DNA from: an uncultured Mycobacteriaceae bacterium
Lineage (GTDB): Bacteria; Actinomycetota; Actinomycetes; Mycobacteriales; Mycobacteriaceae
Assembly (NCBI GenBank): GCA_903927745.1
Contig: CAIYOH010000205.1
Span: 1-59,525, forward strand
DNA length: 59,525 nt
Direction: 5' to 3'
The first letter of the stretch is position 1, and every line of letters begins with the position of its first letter. The translations under genes were made by a program, and so were the position numbers. Shown here piece by piece: positions 57,010 through 59,525 of this stretch. The notes below the pieces were generated by a model. That model was not told the origin of the DNA, did no database searches, and saw only the letters and a program-made list of their open reading frames with translations.

Positions 57010-57801
57010 TCAGCGTGCCTTGTCGCGGACCTTGTCGCGGACCTTGTCGCGGACCTTGTAGGTGGAGGGCCACGACTTGCGGGACTCGTCTCCGGTGAGG
57101 GGCGTCCCCATCCCCCCGACCTTCACGTTGTACACCTCTTTGCCGGGACCGGCTTCGCGGTTGGCGTGTTCCCGGGCGAGGTAGTACAGCTCGTCGATGG
57201 TGGCCTCGTCGTAGGCGACGAAGGAAGTCTCCCGGACGACGTCGTCGATGCCGGCGAGCATCCGGCCGGGCAGATACCCCGACGCTAGCGCCGCCACCCC
57301 CAGCGCCGCGAACGGGACCACCCAGGAGCAGACGACGGCGAGCGGGGTCGTGGCGGTGCCGCCCACGATCGGCGGGATCGCCGACGACACCGTCATGACG
57401 GCGAACGTCGCGACCCAGATTCGCGTCAGCGTGGCGACGAGCCGGTCGAACAGTGGGGTCGTGACCACGTCGGCGGGTTGTCCGGCGGCGGCCCATGGAC
57501 GCACGAACGTCCCGCCGGTGATCGCGCCGACGAGGGTCACCATGAAGAGTCCCGCGAAGCTGACGGGCATGATCCACCTCGTCAACAACGAGTCACCGAG
57601 CGTCCACGTCAGCACCGCGACGACAGAAAAGGTTGCTACGGCGCCGATCTCCAGCGCCCGCCCCGGCTTGCCCGTGGCGGTGCCGATGGCCGCGCCGGCG
57701 ACGGCGATCGCCAGCCCCACCAGTGCGGCAACCAGGTGGGGAACGTGGCCGACGAGGATCCAATAGACGATCCACGGCGTCAGACCGGACAACATGCCCA
57801 C
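57010..57801 (-). CDS. hypothetical integral membrane protein
   Basis: About 6 TM helices plus a soluble C-terminal domain; TACACT -10 box upstream. Confidence 0.75.
   Translation of the reverse strand: MGMLSGLTPWIVYWILVGHVPHLVAALVGLAIAVAGAAIGTATGKPGRALEIGAVATFSVVAVLTWTLGDSLLTRWIMPVSFAGLFMVTLVGAITGGTFVRPWAAAGQPADVVTTPLFDRLVATLTRIWVATFAVMTVSSAIPPIVGGTATTPLAVVCSWVVPFAALGVAALASGYLPGRMLAGIDDVVRETSFVAYDEATIDELYYLAREHANREAGPGKEVYNVKVGGMGTPLTGDESRKSWPSTYKVRDKVRDKVRDKAR
57018..57059. repeat. 12-bp tandem repeat (3.5 copies) encoding KVRD repeats
   Basis: (CCTTGTCGCGGA)3 followed by CCTTGT. Confidence 0.95.
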
Positions 57802-57871
57802 GACCGGTCAGTGTAGGAGTGACGCCGGGCGGATTCCGACAGCACCGCTATTCCCTGGCATCGTGGTGGTT

Positions 57872-58690
57872 ATGAACAGCACGATGACTCGCCGCGGACC
57901 CGTCAAGGCACTGGTGGCGGTGACCTTTGCAGCGATGATCACGATGAACGTTCTCGCCAACGCGCTGCCACTGAACGGGCGCACCACCGGCGGGGTGTCG
58001 GACTCCTACCCGAGCCTGTTCACCCCGGCCGGGGTGACCTTTGCCATTTGGAGCCTGATTTACCTGCTCCTGGGCGCCCATGTTCTGTATCAGCTGGGCC
58101 TGTTCCGGGACGGTCCCGAGACGCCGCGGGAAGCGGCTCTGCTGAACCGGATCGGCGTGCTCTTCGCGATCTCGTCGCTGGCCAACGCCGCCTGGGTGTT
58201 CGTGTGGCATTACGACCACATCGCGCTGTCGGCGGTACTGATCACGGTCATCCTGGTGTGCCTCGCGCTGATCGTCGTCACGCTGCGCGGCGCCGATCTT
58301 GTTGGGCGGCAACGACGGCTGGTCGGGTGGCCGTTCAGCGTCTACTTCGGCTGGATCACCGTGGCGACCGTCGCCAACATCACCGTTCTGCTGGTCAGCC
58401 GCCGATGGGACGGTTTAGGTCTGGCAGAGTCCACGTGGGCCGTGATCATCGTGGGCGTCTCGATGGCGATCGGCACGTTCACCATGGTGCGCAACCGCGA
58501 TGCGGCCTACGGCTGGGTGCTCATCTGGGCGTTTTCCGGAATCCTGCTCTGGCAGATCTCGGCGGGCGGTCTGGGCGGGCGTTACCCGCAGATCATCGCC
58601 GCGGTGGTCGTGTCGCTGGCTGTCTTCCTGCTCGGTGAGGTGCTGATCCTGCGCAGTCGCACTCCACGGGCACCCAGGCGTAGAGAGTGA
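57872..58690 (+). CDS. TspO/MBR-related tryptophan-rich membrane protein
   Basis: FTPAGVTFAIWSLIY, NAAW and PFSVYFGWITVAT; about 8 TM helices. Confidence 0.7.
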   Translation: MNSTMTRRGPVKALVAVTFAAMITMNVLANALPLNGRTTGGVSDSYPSLFTPAGVTFAIWSLIYLLLGAHVLYQLGLFRDGPETPREAALLNRIGVLFAISSLANAAWVFVWHYDHIALSAVLITVILVCLALIVVTLRGADLVGRQRRLVGWPFSVYFGWITVATVANITVLLVSRRWDGLGLAESTWAVIIVGVSMAIGTFTMVRNRDAAYGWVLIWAFSGILLWQISAGGLGGRYPQIIAAVVVSLAVFLLGEVLILRSRTPRAPRRRE

Positions 58691-59307
58691 CCGTCGACAA
58701 TCCGTTCTGGGACGCCGTCAAGGGTCACGTCGAACCGGACAGCCTCCGGGCTACCCCGGTGGTCGGCGAATTCCGTCTTGACCAATCCGTGGCAGAGAGC
58801 ATGGCCCGGGTGCCAAACCGGCAGAGACTGGTCCGGAAATACTGCTGGACCATCCCCGACCCCGATACCGTGGCGTTCGTGGCGCGCCACGCCCACGGCG
58901 GCCTGGTCGATCCCCTTGCTGGTACGGGTTATTGGGCCTATCTGCTGACGCAGGTGGGTGTCGATGTCGTCTGCTACGACCTCAACCCGGGTGCGACGTT
59001 GCTGGCAAATGGTTGGCATGGCGAAGACCTCTACGCCGAGGTCTGCGCGAGGGACTGCGCCGAGGCGGCGGCGCTGCACCCCGACCGGACGCTGCTGCTG
59101 TCCTGGCCGCCGCACGGTCAGGATGCCGGCGCGCGAACCTTGACGAGCTACGCAGGACATCGCCTGATCTACATCGGTGATGGACGCGGCACCGGCGACT
59201 CACAGATGCATGGGATTCTCGAAGCGGAGTGGGTCGAGGTCGATGCCCGGCAGCCGGTTCAGTGGTGGGGGATCGACGATCGGGTCGGGGTATACGAGCG
59301 CGCCTGA
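58687..59307 (+). CDS. putative class I SAM-dependent methyltransferase-like protein
   Basis: DPLAGTGYWA motif I, then YD, LLLSWPP and LIYIGD; GTGA overlap with the upstream gene. Confidence 0.6.
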   Translation: MTVDNPFWDAVKGHVEPDSLRATPVVGEFRLDQSVAESMARVPNRQRLVRKYCWTIPDPDTVAFVARHAHGGLVDPLAGTGYWAYLLTQVGVDVVCYDLNPGATLLANGWHGEDLYAEVCARDCAEAAALHPDRTLLLSWPPHGQDAGARTLTSYAGHRLIYIGDGRGTGDSQMHGILEAEWVEVDARQPVQWWGIDDRVGVYERA

Positions 59308-59525
59308 GAGATGGGCCCGAAAACTCAAGCCCGGCAGAGTATTTCGCCATGGGGTATCGACAGCCAGCCGTCCGGGGCCGCAGCCCAGGCCCGCCACGCC
59401 GCGGAGATCTCCTCCAGTTGCGCGGGAGTGGCAAGCCCCAATGCCAACATTTCACGCGCGACACCCGAATTCAGAATCCGGTCGGCCCACATCGCACCCC
59501 ACCATCCGCGGGTCGCGGGGGTCGC

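Noticed and set aside
59311-59350. Imperfect hairpin after the last gene
   Set aside because: Weak bulged stem with no U tract; insufficient support for a terminator call.

Overview
GC-rich mycobacterial chromosomal segment, probably from a slow-growing non-tuberculous Mycobacterium (species cannot be determined from sequence alone). From recalled protein similarity it is collinear, in reverse, with the M. tuberculosis Rv1058-Rv1132 region: Rv1132-like, 13E12/DUF222-HNH, Rv1125, ephC, bpoB, gnd, Rv1115-like, ychF, ispH, xseAB, glpX, fumC, Rv1096, phoH2, desA2, glyA, coaA, Rv1086, mca, greA, metB, cbs, lipU, fadA3, echA9/echA8, cysteine dioxygenase-rhodanese, lpqV, two patatins and fadD14. It also carries a lipid/steroid-type cluster at the left end and several extra genes (MFS pump, TB8.4-like secreted protein, HAD hydrolase, ketosteroid isomerase-like protein, TspO-like plus methyltransferase pair). 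No rRNA, tRNA, CRISPR array, IS transposase or prophage was seen. The best signals missing from the ORF track are: a leaderless Cys-rich 13-aa uORF ahead of the cysteine dioxygenase operon; a 48-aa ORF coupled to phoH2; a GlyA with the conserved YYGG motif changed to YSGG; a dual LexA/PafBC-type promoter on the HNH gene; an 11-bp five-copy tandem array upstream of desA2; and many short tandem duplications. Mostly core genome; I see no clearly novel multi-gene system. All orthology calls come from motif recognition and memory, not database searches.
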